From positions 12,338,001-12,402,000 of the forward strand of contig NC_043016.1 in the NCBI RefSeq assembly GCF_006345805.1: DNA of 64,000 nucleotides, read 5' to 3'. Origin of the DNA: Octopus sinensis. Lineage: Eukaryota. A model generated the notes under the pieces. That model did no database searches. It was not told the DNA's origin and saw only the letters and a list, made by a program, of their open reading frames with translations. Numbering within the stretch: position 1 is the first letter of the stretch; the number at the start of each line of letters is the position of its first letter. A program made the translations under genes and the position numbers. Below, piece after piece: positions 12,896-24,822 of the stretch.

Positions 12896-12959
12896 ATATA
12901 TATTTATGCATGCATATTGATATTTATATATATTGAACCAGCCAGGATCCCTGGTCTGG

Positions 12960-13275
12960 TGGTACGTAAAAAGCACTATCCGACTCGTGGCCGATGCCAG
13001 CACCGCCTCGACTGGCTTCCGTGCCGGTGGCACATAAAATACACCAATCTGACCGTGGCCGTTGCCAGCCTCGCCTGGCACCTGTGCAGGTGGCACGTAA
13101 AAAGCACCCACTACACTCACGGAGTGGTTGGCGTTAGGAAGGGCATCCAGCTGTAGAAACATTGCCAGATTAGACTGGAGCCTGGTGCAGCCTTCTGGCT
13201 TCCCAGAACCCCGGTCGAACCGTCCAACCCATGCTAGCATGGAGAACGGACGTTAAACGATGATGATGATGATGA
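12960..13275 (+). mobile_element. RTE 3' UTR copy
   Basis: VNTR units, GTGGTTGGCGTTAGGAAGGGCATCCAG, palindrome CCATGCTAGCATGG and (GAT)n tail. Confidence 0.85.
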
Positions 13276-13470
13276 AATAGATGAATGAATTATCCTTTGT
13301 TTACTGGAAAATTCAATAAACAGTTACCAGGGTAGCAAAATTCACGCAAGTAACAAGGAGGTAGCGGCCTATTCAAAGGTAGAAACTCCGGGTTAATGTG
13401 CAGTAATTTGTATAGTATAAGTAAATAAATGGAGTTGAATGCAGATGCTATTCAAATTCTTTTATTTACT

Positions 13471-13502
<32 letters not shown>

Positions 13503-13550
13503 ATGGATAATAAAATGATGTATTCCAATTTTTGTCCTTCATTTATATAT

Positions 13551-16132
13551 CATAATCATCATCACCATCATTTAACGTCCGTTTTCCATGCTAGCATGGG
13601 TTGGACGATTTGACTGAGGACTGGCAAACAAAATGGCTGCTCAAGACTCCAATCTGATCTGGCAGAGTTTCTATAGCTGGATGCCCTTCCTAATACCAAC
13701 CACTTTACAGAGGTAGTGGGTACTTTTACGCACAATGGCCAGTCAGGCGGTACTGGCAACAGCCACGCTCAAATGGTGCTTTTTATTTGCCACCTGCACA
13801 GGAGCCAGCAGCACTGACGATGATCAAGGTAACGATCAAGTTCGAATGGTGTTTTTTATATGCTGTCGGTACGGAGGCCAGCTTGTTGTTCTGGCAAAGA
13901 TCTCTCTCGTATGCTACTCTTAGCGCTCCACTAGCACGGATGCCAGTCATTGAATTTGATTTCAATTTCGATTTCACTTGCCTCAACAGGTCTTCGCAAG
14001 CAGAGTTTAATGTCCAATGAAGGAAAGGTACGCATAAGTGGACTGGTTGCATCCCTGGCATAGGCCACAAGGTTATGGTCTCACTTGCGCATGCCGAGTC
14101 TTCTTAAGCACAGCATATTTCCAAAGATCCCAGTCACTAGTCATTGCCTCAGTGAGGCCCAATGTTCGAAGGTCATGCTTCACCACCTCATCCCAGGTCT
14201 TCCTGGGTCTACCTTTTCCACAGGTTCCCTCAACTGCTAAGGTGTGGCACTTTTTCACACAGCTATCCTCATCCATTCTCGCCACATAGCTATACCAGCG
14301 CAGTCGTCTCTCTTGCACACCACTCTGATACTTCTTAGGTCCAACTTCTCTCTCAAGGCACTAACACACTGTCGAGTATGCACACTGACATTACACATCC
14401 AGCGGAGCATACTGGCTTCATTCCTTGTGAGCTTACGCATGTCCTCAGCAGTCACGGCCCATGTTTCACTGCCATGTAGCATAGCTGTTCGTACACATGT
14501 GTCATACAGTCTACCTTTTACTCTGAGCGAGAGGCCTTTTGTCACCAGCAGAGGTAGGAGCTCTCTGAACTTAGCCCCGGCTATTCTTATTCTAGCAGCT
14601 ACACTTTCAGTGCACCCACCTCCACTACTGACTTGGTCACCTAGGTAATGGAAGCTTATCAACTACTTCTAGTTTTTCTCCCTGGAATGTGGCGGAAGTT
14701 GTTCTCTGCACATTTTCAGTGTTATTTATTGCTCCCGAGCATCTGCCACATACAAAAACTATCCTCACAGTTATCCTTCCTTTGATATTGCTGCACCTCT
14801 TATGTGTCCATAGCTTACACTGGGTACATCATATAGAGTTTCTACCTACGCCTTTTCTACAGATTGAGCAGAGCTATCTACCTGAAGGGATTTGTGGTTT
14901 GTCTGCCTTCCTACTTGGTCTTAGTTAGGTTGATTCTAAGACCCTTCGATTCTGATCCTTGTTTCCACACTTGAAACTTCTCCTCTAGTTCTGATAGTGA
15001 CTCAGCAAGTAGAGCAATGTCATCAGTATAGAGGAGCTCCCAGGGGCATCTTGTCTTGAATTCCTCCGTTATTGCCTGGAAGACTATGATATATAGGAGG
15101 GGGTTGAGGACTGAATCTTGGTGAACCCTTACCTCTACTCTGAATTCTTCACTGTACTCGTTGCCAACCCTCACCTTACTGACAGCATCCCTGTACATGG
15201 CTTGCACAGGTCTCACTAACCATTCATCTATCCCTAGTTTTCTCATTGACCACCAGATAAGGGATTGGGGGACCCTGTCAAAGGCTTTCTCCATGTCAAC
15301 GAAAGCCAATTACAGGGGCTTATCTTTGGTTAGGTATTTCTCCTGCAGCTGTCTTAACAGAAATATAGCATCAGTGGTGCTTTTCCCTGGAATGAAACCA
15401 AACTGCATCTCATCCAAGCTGACTCTCTCCCTAATCAGTTGGACTATGACCTTCTCCATAACCTTCATTACCTGATCCAACAGTTTGATACCTCTGTAAT
15501 CATTTGATCCTAAAGCGTCACCTTTACCTTTGTAGCAGTTGACTATTATGCTGCTACACCAGTTTTTGGGTATGACTCCTTTGTGTATCACCTTGTTAAC
15601 TATACGGGTGACTAGGCTATAGCCGACACTGCCAGATATCTTGAGCATCTCTGCAGTAATTCCTGATGGGCCGGGGCCTTTCCCTGTCTTCATACTTTTA
15701 ATTGCTTTATCTATCAAGGTACTATCAACTCGGATAGCTGGTCCTTCTGTTGGATCGACATTTGTCAGACTCTCTTTATCCCATTCATTTTCTTTATTGA
15801 GCAACCTTTAATAGTGGCGTCTCCAAACCTCTCACTTTGCAGCCTCGTTTAGTGCAAGTGAACCATCATCCATGCAGACATATTTCTCTCCTACAACATC
15901 ATAATTCTCTCTCACACACTGTCTTGCAACACGAAGTACCTCAAGTCTTTGGACCTCACGGCACAGAACATTGGCAAATTTTTTCTTATCTGCTTCCACT
16001 CTGGCTAAATAAACCTGTCTCCTAGCTTCTCTTCTGGCAGTCTGATACAATTCCATGCTATCACCATTCTTCGAGTCCCTCCAAGCCTGTTTCTTTTCTC
16101 TAATAGCCCTGTCTACAACATTGTTCCACCAG
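13551..16132 (-). mobile_element. RTE-clade LINE, 5'-truncated, with frameshifts and stops
   Basis: RT motifs GKGPGPSGITAEMLK, YRGIKLL, QFGFIPGKSTTDAIF, FVDMEKAFDRVP, LLYTDDIALL and RRLRWY..V.RM..RGRPRKTW. The 3' UTR carries VNTR units and a (GAT)n tail. Confidence 0.95.
14739..14870 (-). other. PHD-finger-like C4HC3 segment within the RTE ORF
   Basis: CSICRKGVGRNSI*CTQCKLWTHKRCSNIKGRITVRIVFVCGRC fits C-x2-C-x10-C-x2-C-x4-H-x2-C-x14-C-x2-C. Confidence 0.85.
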
Positions 16133-16700
16133 AGGACAGCTGTGTGTAAAAGTGTCACACCCTAGCAGTTGAGGGAACCTTTGGAAGAGGTAGACCGGGA
16201 AAACCTGGGATGAGGTGGTGAAGCACGACCATCAAACATTGGGCCTTACTGAGGCAATGACTAGTGACCAAGACCTTTGGAGATATACTGTGCTTGAGAA
16301 GACCCGACAAGCCAAGTGAGACCATAGCCCGTGGCCTATGCCAGTGGGTGTAACCAGTCCACTTATGAGTATCCCTCATTCATTGGGCAATAAACTTTGC
16401 TTGTGAAGACCTATTGAGGCAAGTGAAATCAAAATCACAGATGTGGCTAATGACAGTGCCGCCTGATTGGCACTTGTGTCACTGGAACATTAAAAGCACA
16501 TCCAAACATGGGGTGTAACCAGCCCATTTATGAATACCTCTCATTCATTGAACAATAAACTTCGCTTGCGGAAACCTATTGAGGCAAGTATAAACAAAAC
16601 AAAAATTGCTGACGTGGCCAATGATAGTACAGCCTGATTGGCACTCGTGCCAGTGGAATGTTATAAGCACGTCCAAGCATGATCCTTGCCAGGGCCATGG
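16133..16700 (+). mobile_element. RTE 3' fragment inverted relative to the adjacent RTE, with a diverged ~165-bp tandem duplication of the UTR start
   Basis: Diverged copy of the 14.0-14.27 kb segment in the opposite orientation. The block GTGTAACCAG...CCTATTGAGGCAAGT occurs twice. Confidence 0.8.
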
Positions 16701-16853
16701 ATACACATGGACCTGGGTTGAAGATGCAAATACTGATAGGGCACAGAAAGTGTGTCAATAACGAGCTGGAGGAGGTGTCCTCCTGGGGCTATAAGCTACA
16801 GTAGCTTCCACCCTTAAGGGTTAGCCACATTTAAATGGCAAATATACTTCACG

Positions 16854-16884
<31 letters not shown>

Positions 16885-16968
16885 CTGATTTGATATATAT
16901 GTGTATACACCACAACACACATATGTAATATAAATGTATGTGATGGGGCGTGAGTGAGTGTGTATATA

Positions 16969-17200
16969 CTCTCTTTTACTTGTTTCAGTCATTTGACTGT
17001 GGCCATGCTGGAGCACCGCTTTTAGTCGAGCAAATCGACCCCAGGACTTATTCTTTGTAAGCTTAGTACTTATTCTATCGGTCTCTTTTGACGAACCGCT
17101 AAGTTACGGGGACGTAAACCACCAGCAACGGATGTCAAGCGATGTTGGGGGGGGGGACAAAAACACACACACATACACACATGTGTGTGTATATATATAT

Positions 17201-17243
<43 letters not shown>

Positions 17244-17350
17244 CATACATATATACGACAGGCCTCTTTTCAGTTCCGTCTACCAAATCTACTCACAAGG
17301 CTTTTGGTCGGCCCGAGGCTATAGCAGAAGACACTTGCCCAGGTGCCATG
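16969..17350 (-). mobile_element. SINE family A (head truncated)
   Basis: Family body with a long (TA)n core. Confidence 0.85.
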
Positions 17351-17706
17351 CAGTATGTACATCATCATCATCATTTAATGTCCATTTTCCATGCTGGCAT
17401 GAGTTGCACAGTGTTCAAGCCCTGCTGTCTACGTTGGTATGTCGTTGCGAGTTTAAATTCCTGTAAAATTCCATTCTGTTTTCTTCCCATCTCCGACCTC
17501 ACTCACAGTGAGAAAGCGTAACGGTTATTTTCGCACGGTTTAGGGGAGGTAACTCCTGCATAATCAAACAGTTTGTCACTAAGGCGAACCGATGTTGAGA
17601 TAATGAAGTTGATGAAGATGTTGCTGCTGCTGCTGCTGAGGAGGAGGAGGACTATCGCGATTTTTTTTTTATTAACCACAAAGGATTTACATCACGAAAA
17701 ATATTA

Positions 17707-17842
17707 TGTCAAACGGTAACGCAGGTGTCCCAAGGCGAGCTCAGCGTGGACGGAAACCACACGTCGAGCAAAGGGCAAAAGCTCGCTCGATCTCGATTTT
17801 CAGTACGAATACGGACCGCAAAAGCGTGGCCCATCGATCCTT
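17707..17842 (+). pseudogene. Isolated 28S (LSU) rRNA fragment
   Basis: TGTCAAACGGTAACGCAGGTGTCC.AAGGCGAGCTCAG...GGGCAAAAGCTCGCT.GATCT.GATTTTCAGTACGAATAC.GACCG matches a conserved 3'-domain core of eukaryotic 28S rRNA (recalled consensus). The flanks are not rDNA. Confidence 0.9.
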
Positions 17843-18289
17843 TCCGAATTACAGCGGGAAATATTATGGACGGAGAAAATATTGAATATGCGTGAGTAAT
17901 TGTTTGTGTGTGTATGTGTGTTGTGAGGGTTTTACATGTAAACAGGTTTAACGTAAAAAAAAAAGAAGCATTTTAACAACGTGGAATCCTCAATAGGGAG
18001 AAGACGTTTGACCGCTGCTCATAGAAAAAAAAACCCTATGAAACCAATGAAAGTCCTTACTTCTGGAGCAGGTGCCTTTTTTCTGTTCCTCATCACCGAT
18101 TACAGGTGTATGCTCAGGACAGACACTTTCACTCATACCATTCTCGCCACTTTCATCCACCCTTCATCAAACTGGCTTAAAACACAACACTTCTCTCTCC
18201 ATCCTTATTTTCCTTTCCGAGTGAAACTTGAAGAAGTTGATCAGAAATTGGCTAAAGATGAAAGTGTTTGCCTTCATCACCTTCAATTT

Positions 18290-18960
18290 TGTTCACCATT
18301 CAACCTCTTGCGCCATGGCCATTAGGTGTATAAATGCTGCCTGCCCTTCCTGGTTAAAAGAAGGCGGTGGGGTGCGATTTCCTGATGGATTCATTTGATA
18401 ACTGGATTCGTCCCACATCCAACAGCAGGTGTTCAACATAAGCTCACAGGTCAGCAGTGCTCGGGCACTGGAAAAGTGCGCACAAGATGGTTTCATTGCC
18501 CTGTCCATATCTTGTACATTCTTGGCTGATGGCACTTCCATGCCTGTAGAGTTTATCTCAAACAGGCAAAGTTCCCCAGTGGCATTGCCAGGCCAGGGAC
18601 TTCTAGAAGTTATCTATCAGTCCCAGGTTGAAAGTTTTTTGGAAGAGAATGGTCAGCTGATTGTCTTTGATGCCCAAGGTCTCCTCCAGATCATTGCCAC
18701 ACTTTACCACTGTAGCGGCACAAGCAGTCAGCACCATATTGGATGAGATCTTACAGCAGCTATTGCCATCTCTGAGACTGAAGCGAGACCTCACCTGCAT
18801 CCATTTGCTGTGGTGGAAACTATATAAACGGGAAACCGATTCAGACCTGTCTCTTTTGACGCCACCTTCACAGCAGCACTGGCTGAACACCACCACTGGC
18901 TGAGGCTTTTCCCCTCTCTATCTCCAGAGGTAATGCGCCCACAATATCGGAGCTTAAGAT
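18290..18960 (-). mobile_element. Highly decayed coding-like segment, possibly a LINE ORF2 C-terminal remnant
   Basis: GC-richer, with broken ORFs and CCHC-like residues (CKISSNMVLTACAATVVKC). Clade not assignable. Confidence 0.25.
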
Positions 18961-19034
18961 GGTAGCTGAGAGCAGCACACTTCACCTTTCCTGTAAATAA
19001 ACCAGCTGTAAATAGCAGTTGTATCTGGCTTTCT

Positions 19035-19133
19035 TTGACATGGAGAAAGCCTTTGACAGGGTCCCCCAATCCCTTATCTGGTGGTCAATGAGAAAACTAG
19101 GGATAGATGAATGGTTAGTGAGACCTGTGCAAG
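19035..19133 (+). repeat. 99-bp inverted, identical copy of 15201-15299 (RTE RT segment)
   Basis: 99/99 identity by direct comparison. Confidence 0.9.
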
Positions 19134-19656
19134 TCTTTTCTCTTCGCCTGCCAGAAGCCTGAACTATGTAAAGAACAAGAAGATGATGGAAGGAGATGAT
19201 ATTCCTCCGATATCGTAAACCTTGCCTTCCATTATTAAACCACCATTAATCCTCTATAGAGCACTAAAGTGGACACTCAACCTGTTGCAGTGTCTGACTG
19301 GCTGAGGGCTATGTTTGCTTGAAGATATTCCACTTACCAAATGCCTTCTCTCAGTCTCTGCTTGATCTAGGGCTGCAGCTCTGCTAAGGAGGCCAGCTGA
19401 ATTTATTGTATACAGTGCTCGGGTGTACTCCAGCTTGTCGTAAAAGAGAGAAGAGGGTATAGAAAACCGTTGAATTAAAGAAAGACAACAATGATAGCAT
19501 GCATACTACACAGATACAGCATCATCATCATCATTTAGCGTCCGTTTTCCATGCTAGCAGGCCATTTTTTAGCAGGCCATTTTTTAGCAGGCCAATTGAT
19601 CTTGAACAGCTTCTATTCTAGGCTTCACATTTACCAATTTCTTCCTTGAGGAATAT

Positions 19657-20055
19657 TCTCTTTTACTCTTTTACTTGTTTCAGTCATTTGACTGCGGCCA
19701 TGCTGGAGCACCGCCTTTAATCGAGCAACTCGACCCCGGGACTTATTCTTTTGTAAGCCCAGTACTTATTCTATCGGTCTCTTTTGCCGAACCGCTAAGT
19801 AATGGGGACATAAACACACCAGCATCGGTTGTCAAGCAATGCTAGGGGGACAAACACAGCAGACACACACATACATATATATATATATACATATATACGA
19901 CAGGCTTCTTTCAGTTTCCGTCTACCAAATCCACTCACAAGGCTTTGGTCGGCCCAAGGCTATAGTAGAAGACACTTGCCCAAGATGCCACACAGTGGGA
20001 CTGAACCCGGAACCATGTGGCTGGTAAACAAGCTACTTACCACACTCCTGCGCCT
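19657..20055 (-). mobile_element. SINE family A
   Basis: Full-length. Confidence 0.9.
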
Positions 20056-20266
20056 ATTGTATATTTTATTTTAGATATCTATATATTGTTTATCATATTT
20101 AATGCAGATACATCACAAAACTGTGATAATCATCCTGAGATTGAGATGTTCGGTACCTTGCTGCACTCAAGAAGACCCATACTCGACAGCAGAAGTCTTA
20201 AGGCTGGTCCCTCTGGTGGTGTAAAGCACTCGTGGCAGTGCTACATAAAAGCACCCATGCAGTTCT

Positions 20267-20680
20267 GGCGCAGGAGTGGCTGTGTGGTAAGTAGCTTGCT
20301 TACCAACCACATGGTTCCGGGTTCAGTCCCACTGTGTGGCATCTTGGGCAAGTGTCTTCTGCTATAGCCCCGGGCCGACCAATTTGGTAGACGGAAACTG
20401 AAAGAAGCCTGTCGTATATATGTATATATATATATATAAGTGTGTGTGTATATGTTTGTGTGTCTGTGTTTGTCCCCCTAGCATTGCTTGACAACCGATG
20501 CTGGTGTGTTTACGTCCCCATCACTTAGCGGTTCAGCAAAAGAGACTGACAGAATAAGTACTGGGCTTAAAAAGAATAAGTCCTGGGGTTGATTTGCTCG
20601 ACTAAAGGCGGTGCTCCAGCATGGTCGCAGTCAAATGACTGAAACAAGTAAAAGAGTAAAAGAGTAAAAGAGTAAAGAGT
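20267..20680 (+). mobile_element. SINE family A
   Basis: Full-length with (GTAAAAGA)n tail, head-to-head with 19657-20055. Confidence 0.9.
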
Positions 20681-21092
20681 ACATGCTGTAAAGTGGTTGG
20701 TGTTAGGAAGGGCATCCAGCCATAGAAACAATGCCAAATCAGACTGGAGTCTGGTGCAGTTCACCTCTCCCAGCTTGCCAGCTCTGGTCAAACCGTTCAA
20801 CCCATTCCAACATGGACAATAGCCATTAAATGATGATGATGATGATGATGATGAAGATGACGACGATGATGTACAATGTTAAAAAACATAAAAATATAGC
20901 AGCGGATGAAAGTCATCCAGTAGCTGTGGTGAAAATACTAAATGTACGTTGGTGACATTTTGCTCTGCGTAATTTTCTTTACATCTAATATTTTTAATGC
21001 AGCAAGATTCTTCGAAGCCTGCTCATCATGTTTAATATTTTGGGGAAATAATTCTTAGCTTCTGCTCTAGATTTCTTCTCTCACAGCTGTTC

Positions 21093-21115
21093 TATTATCA
21101 TTATTATTATTATTA

Positions 21116-21171
<56 letters not shown>

Positions 21172-21615
21172 GAGTGAGAGAGCAGTTCATGCCATCAAAG
21201 TGACACTGGGGTAAAATATACGAAGCCCAATATACCCATCATGACTACCCGTCTGATAAGGGTACACCAGGCACATGCATCACAACCATATGTGCGCGAC
21301 ATGGTGATTTCATATCAAGATAAACAGTGCATGACCTTGCAGGTGGGGCCGAATTAGAATTTTCTTCAGGTCGAGTAACCCATCCCGCTCAAAAGGTCCC
21401 TGAATAAGGATTGTTTAAGGATGTTTAAAGAACCATCCATGTTTCCAGGGGTGAATTATTCAAACCCCAAAGAATCCCTCTCAACACATGGCTATGATGC
21501 TCCCCCACTACTTCTGCTCGTGATCAGAGATGCACATATTGTCAGCCACTAAGGGACATGCTCAACTGGTTATGGTTAAACAACTGACACGTAAATCTGT
21601 GGTATTGAGCAAAAT
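21093..21615 (-). mobile_element. Unclassified retroposon-like repeat with a long (AAT)n tail
   Basis: (ATT)n run of ~26 units at 21093-21171 attached to a non-coding body. A second AAT run follows at ~21612-21648. Confidence 0.45.
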
Positions 21616-23398
21616 AATAATAATAATAATAATAATTATTATTATTATTCCAATTTCTTGTAATATTGATTTCTAACATTTTGTAAAGAGCAAACATGTT
21701 GCCAGGAGAGAACAGTAGAACACATGAATCCCTGTATGTGGGTGAGAGGTGATTCATGTTCCTGAAGCACACAGAAGATAGATTAAAATACAACTCCTAT
21801 AAATAGAAAGCTTTGATTTAACCCATATATGCCCATAAAAAAATGAAGTCTTAAAATTTCACTGTATTTAGATTAAACATTATGGTAAGCTTTCACACTC
21901 TGGAAGAGAAGGACAGTATGCAACTGTTAGCTACAGGTGTTGACTACCAACTGAACATTTCGTATGCCCAGTCAGGTGGTTCCTGGTGAGTTCATGTCCA
22001 AACAAGTAGGAGCCGGTTTTGCGTTGTAAAAACACCGCCTTAAGAATGCTAGGTCCAAGTTTGAGCATATGCTCCAGCATGGCCTTATTCACCCCCTCCA
22101 CCAGCTCTTGGGCATTTCCCCTTCATTTGGCATGGAAAGGGGATTCTGATTTTCGCCCGGTGGGGGATTACAGACGTTTGAATACGGTCACTGTTCCTGA
22201 TCGCTATCCCATAAGAATTCTCTAGGACTTCTTTAATCTACATGGTTGTACTATTTTTTCTGAGGTCGACCTTATTCATTCCTATCATCAAATACCGGTC
22301 AATCCTGATGACGTACCGAAAACTGCCATCACTACTCCTTTTGGCAGCTTAGAGTTCCTTTTTATGAGTTTCAGTCTGTGGAACGCCATGAGCACGTTCC
22401 AAAGATTTATCGACGAAGTTGTCCGTGGACTTGATTTTGTATTCACTTACGTTATGACATACTCATTGCAAGCGACACGCGTGAGAATCACCTCCAACAC
22501 TTAAATCAACTCTTTCAGCGTCTTCAGGCCTACAATGTGCGAATCGCCCCCGATAAGGGTGTTTTCGGGCAGTCCTCTTTGGAATTTCTGGGGCATTATA
22601 TCGACTCAAATGAGATCAGACCTCTCTTTTCCAAAGTCGATGCAATTCAGCGCATCGCACCCCCCCTACTTCACTACGCCAACTCCGCCACTTTTTGGGG
22701 AGTTGTCAACTTCTACGGATGCTTCATTCGTAATTGTGCAGACAAGTTACTTCCCTTGACTCAGCTATTGAAAGCAAATACAAAAAAGGATTCTCCTATT
22801 ACTTTATCTGCTTTTGAGTCAATCTTGAAGGAAATACATTCTGTCCCTTTGCTTGCACATCTGGTTCCCGATGCTCCTCTCTTTTTAAATATCGATGCAT
22901 CAGATTCTGTGGTTGGCGCTGTTTTGCAGCACACTGTGAACAATCAGACTAAACCTTTGGCATTTTTTTGCTCCTCAATTAAAGCCAGCTGAATGTCGGT
23001 ACAGTACATTTAATCACGAGCTCTTGGCGACCTACCTGTCAGTTCGTCATTTTCAACATCAACTCGACGCCTGAGATTTTGTGATTTATACTGATCACAA
23101 GCCTCTTATGTTTGCTCTGTCATCTAAATCGAACAACCACTCGCCTCATGCTTTTCTTCACCTGGACTACATTTCCCAGTTCACGAGTGACATTCGGCAC
23201 ATACCTGGAACAGAGAACGTGCCTGCTGACACACACTCTCGTCTTCTTGTGTGTTCCCTTTCATCTCCTGCTGCAATCGATTTAACTGCCATTGAGCAGG
23301 ATCAGTCAACTCTGGACGCTTTGGATTTAGCTTCTACCAAGTTGTCCTGTTGCAAGTTTGCCTATCTCCCACTTTCGACTGCTGAAGGCACCATCCTT

Positions 23399-23452
23399 TA
23401 ATAATAATAATGAAATAATAATAATTATGATGATGACGACGACGACGACGAC

Positions 23453-23485
<33 letters not shown>

Positions 23486-23964
23486 AATAATAATAATAAT
23501 AATAAAATTATTGTATACAGTGCTCAGGTGCACCACAACTTGTCAAAAAGTGCGTATAAAGTATATGCAGTAATGTACAAATGTCTGGAAAGCAAACAAT
23601 GCATGAGTCAGATGCATGCTTGCGTATGTATGGAGGGGAGAAAATCAGGTGTAGTGTTGGCGAATCTCAGAAAGCATGGAAGTTTTGAAGGATGCAGTGC
23701 TCCGACAATTAACAACTGATGCCGGCAGTTTGTTCCATGCTTCAGCAACTCTCAGCGTGAAGAAATGTTTCCGAAAGTCATGGGAGCTGTGCTGTTTTCT
23801 GACTTTGTAAACATCTCCACGATCAGATCCCTGTTGTACACCAGATGTCATCTCATAGGGTGAAGAGTGCTGTCCTAGAACTGTGATAATAATTCGGCCG
23901 ATAATAAAGGACTTCAACCAGTTCTAGAGATCGTCTCTTACACCCATTGCAGGGAGTTTCACTT
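23399..23964 (-). mobile_element. CR1-type LINE 3' end inserted into the Gypsy element
   Basis: RKHFFTLRVAEAWNKLPASVVNCRSTASFK plus a microsatellite tail. The Gypsy frame EGTIL|CDTATG resumes on either side. Confidence 0.85.
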
Positions 23965-24592
23965 TGTGACACAGCTACTGGTTCTCCCAGACCGTTTGTA
24001 CCTGAGAACCACCAGCACTCCGTTTTTGATGCCTTGCATTCACTGTCACATCCTGGCGTCGCTGCCTCAGTGAAGCTTATTACGGTTCGGTTTTTCTGGC
24101 CTAATATTCACCAGATGATCACCGATTGGGCACGCTCTTGTGTAAAGTGCCAGTGTTCTAGAATCCACAGGCATATATATTCGCGCTCCTCTTGGATAGT
24201 TTTCTCCTCCGAAGACTCGCTTTCGCCATGTCCACATTGATCTCGTTGGACCATGGCCTGTCAGTCGCAGTTTCTCTTACATATTGACATGCGTCGATCA
24301 TTTCTCTCATTGGCCAGACACCATTTCAATAGTGGACATTTCCGCTGAGTCAGTTGCTCGAGCTTTCGTTTCTAACTGGATTGCTCGCTTTGGTGTCCCA
24401 GCTAAAATAACCACTGATTGTAGGCGCCAGTTCGAGGCTTCCCTATTTCGTGAATTATCACGAATCCTAGGAGTTCATCACATTCGTATGACCAGTTACC
24501 ACCCAGCCTCCAACGGGATGGTCGAACGTTTTCACAGACAACTGAAGGCTGCCCTACGCACCACTTCTGACCCGCAGTCTTGGACAGAATTT

Positions 24593-24822
24593 GTTATTTC
24601 TTTATTGCCCACAAGGGGCTAAACATAGAGGGGACAAACAAGGACAGACAAAGGGATTAAGTTGATTACATCGACCCCAGTGCACAACTGGTACTTAATT
24701 TATCGACACCGAAAGGATGAAAGGCAAAGTCAACCTCGGCGGAATTTGAACTCAGAACGTAGTAGCAGACGAAATACCACTAAGCATTTCGCCCGGCGTG
24801 CTAATGTTTCTGCCAGCTCGCC
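24593..24822 (-). mobile_element. SINE family B inserted in the Gypsy integrase
   Basis: 16-bp TSD GTCTTGGACAGAATTT (24577-92 and 24823-38). tRNA-like head GGCGAGCTGG...GAGTTCAAATTCC. Confidence 0.93.

Noticed and set aside
17981-18325. 114-aa plus-strand ORF
   Set aside because: No motif, a weak start, and it lies at the edge of a decayed TE-like segment.
22305-22325. CTGATGA...GAAA hammerhead-like string
   Set aside because: It lies in Gypsy RT coding sequence (NPDDVPKTA) and has no helix I or III.
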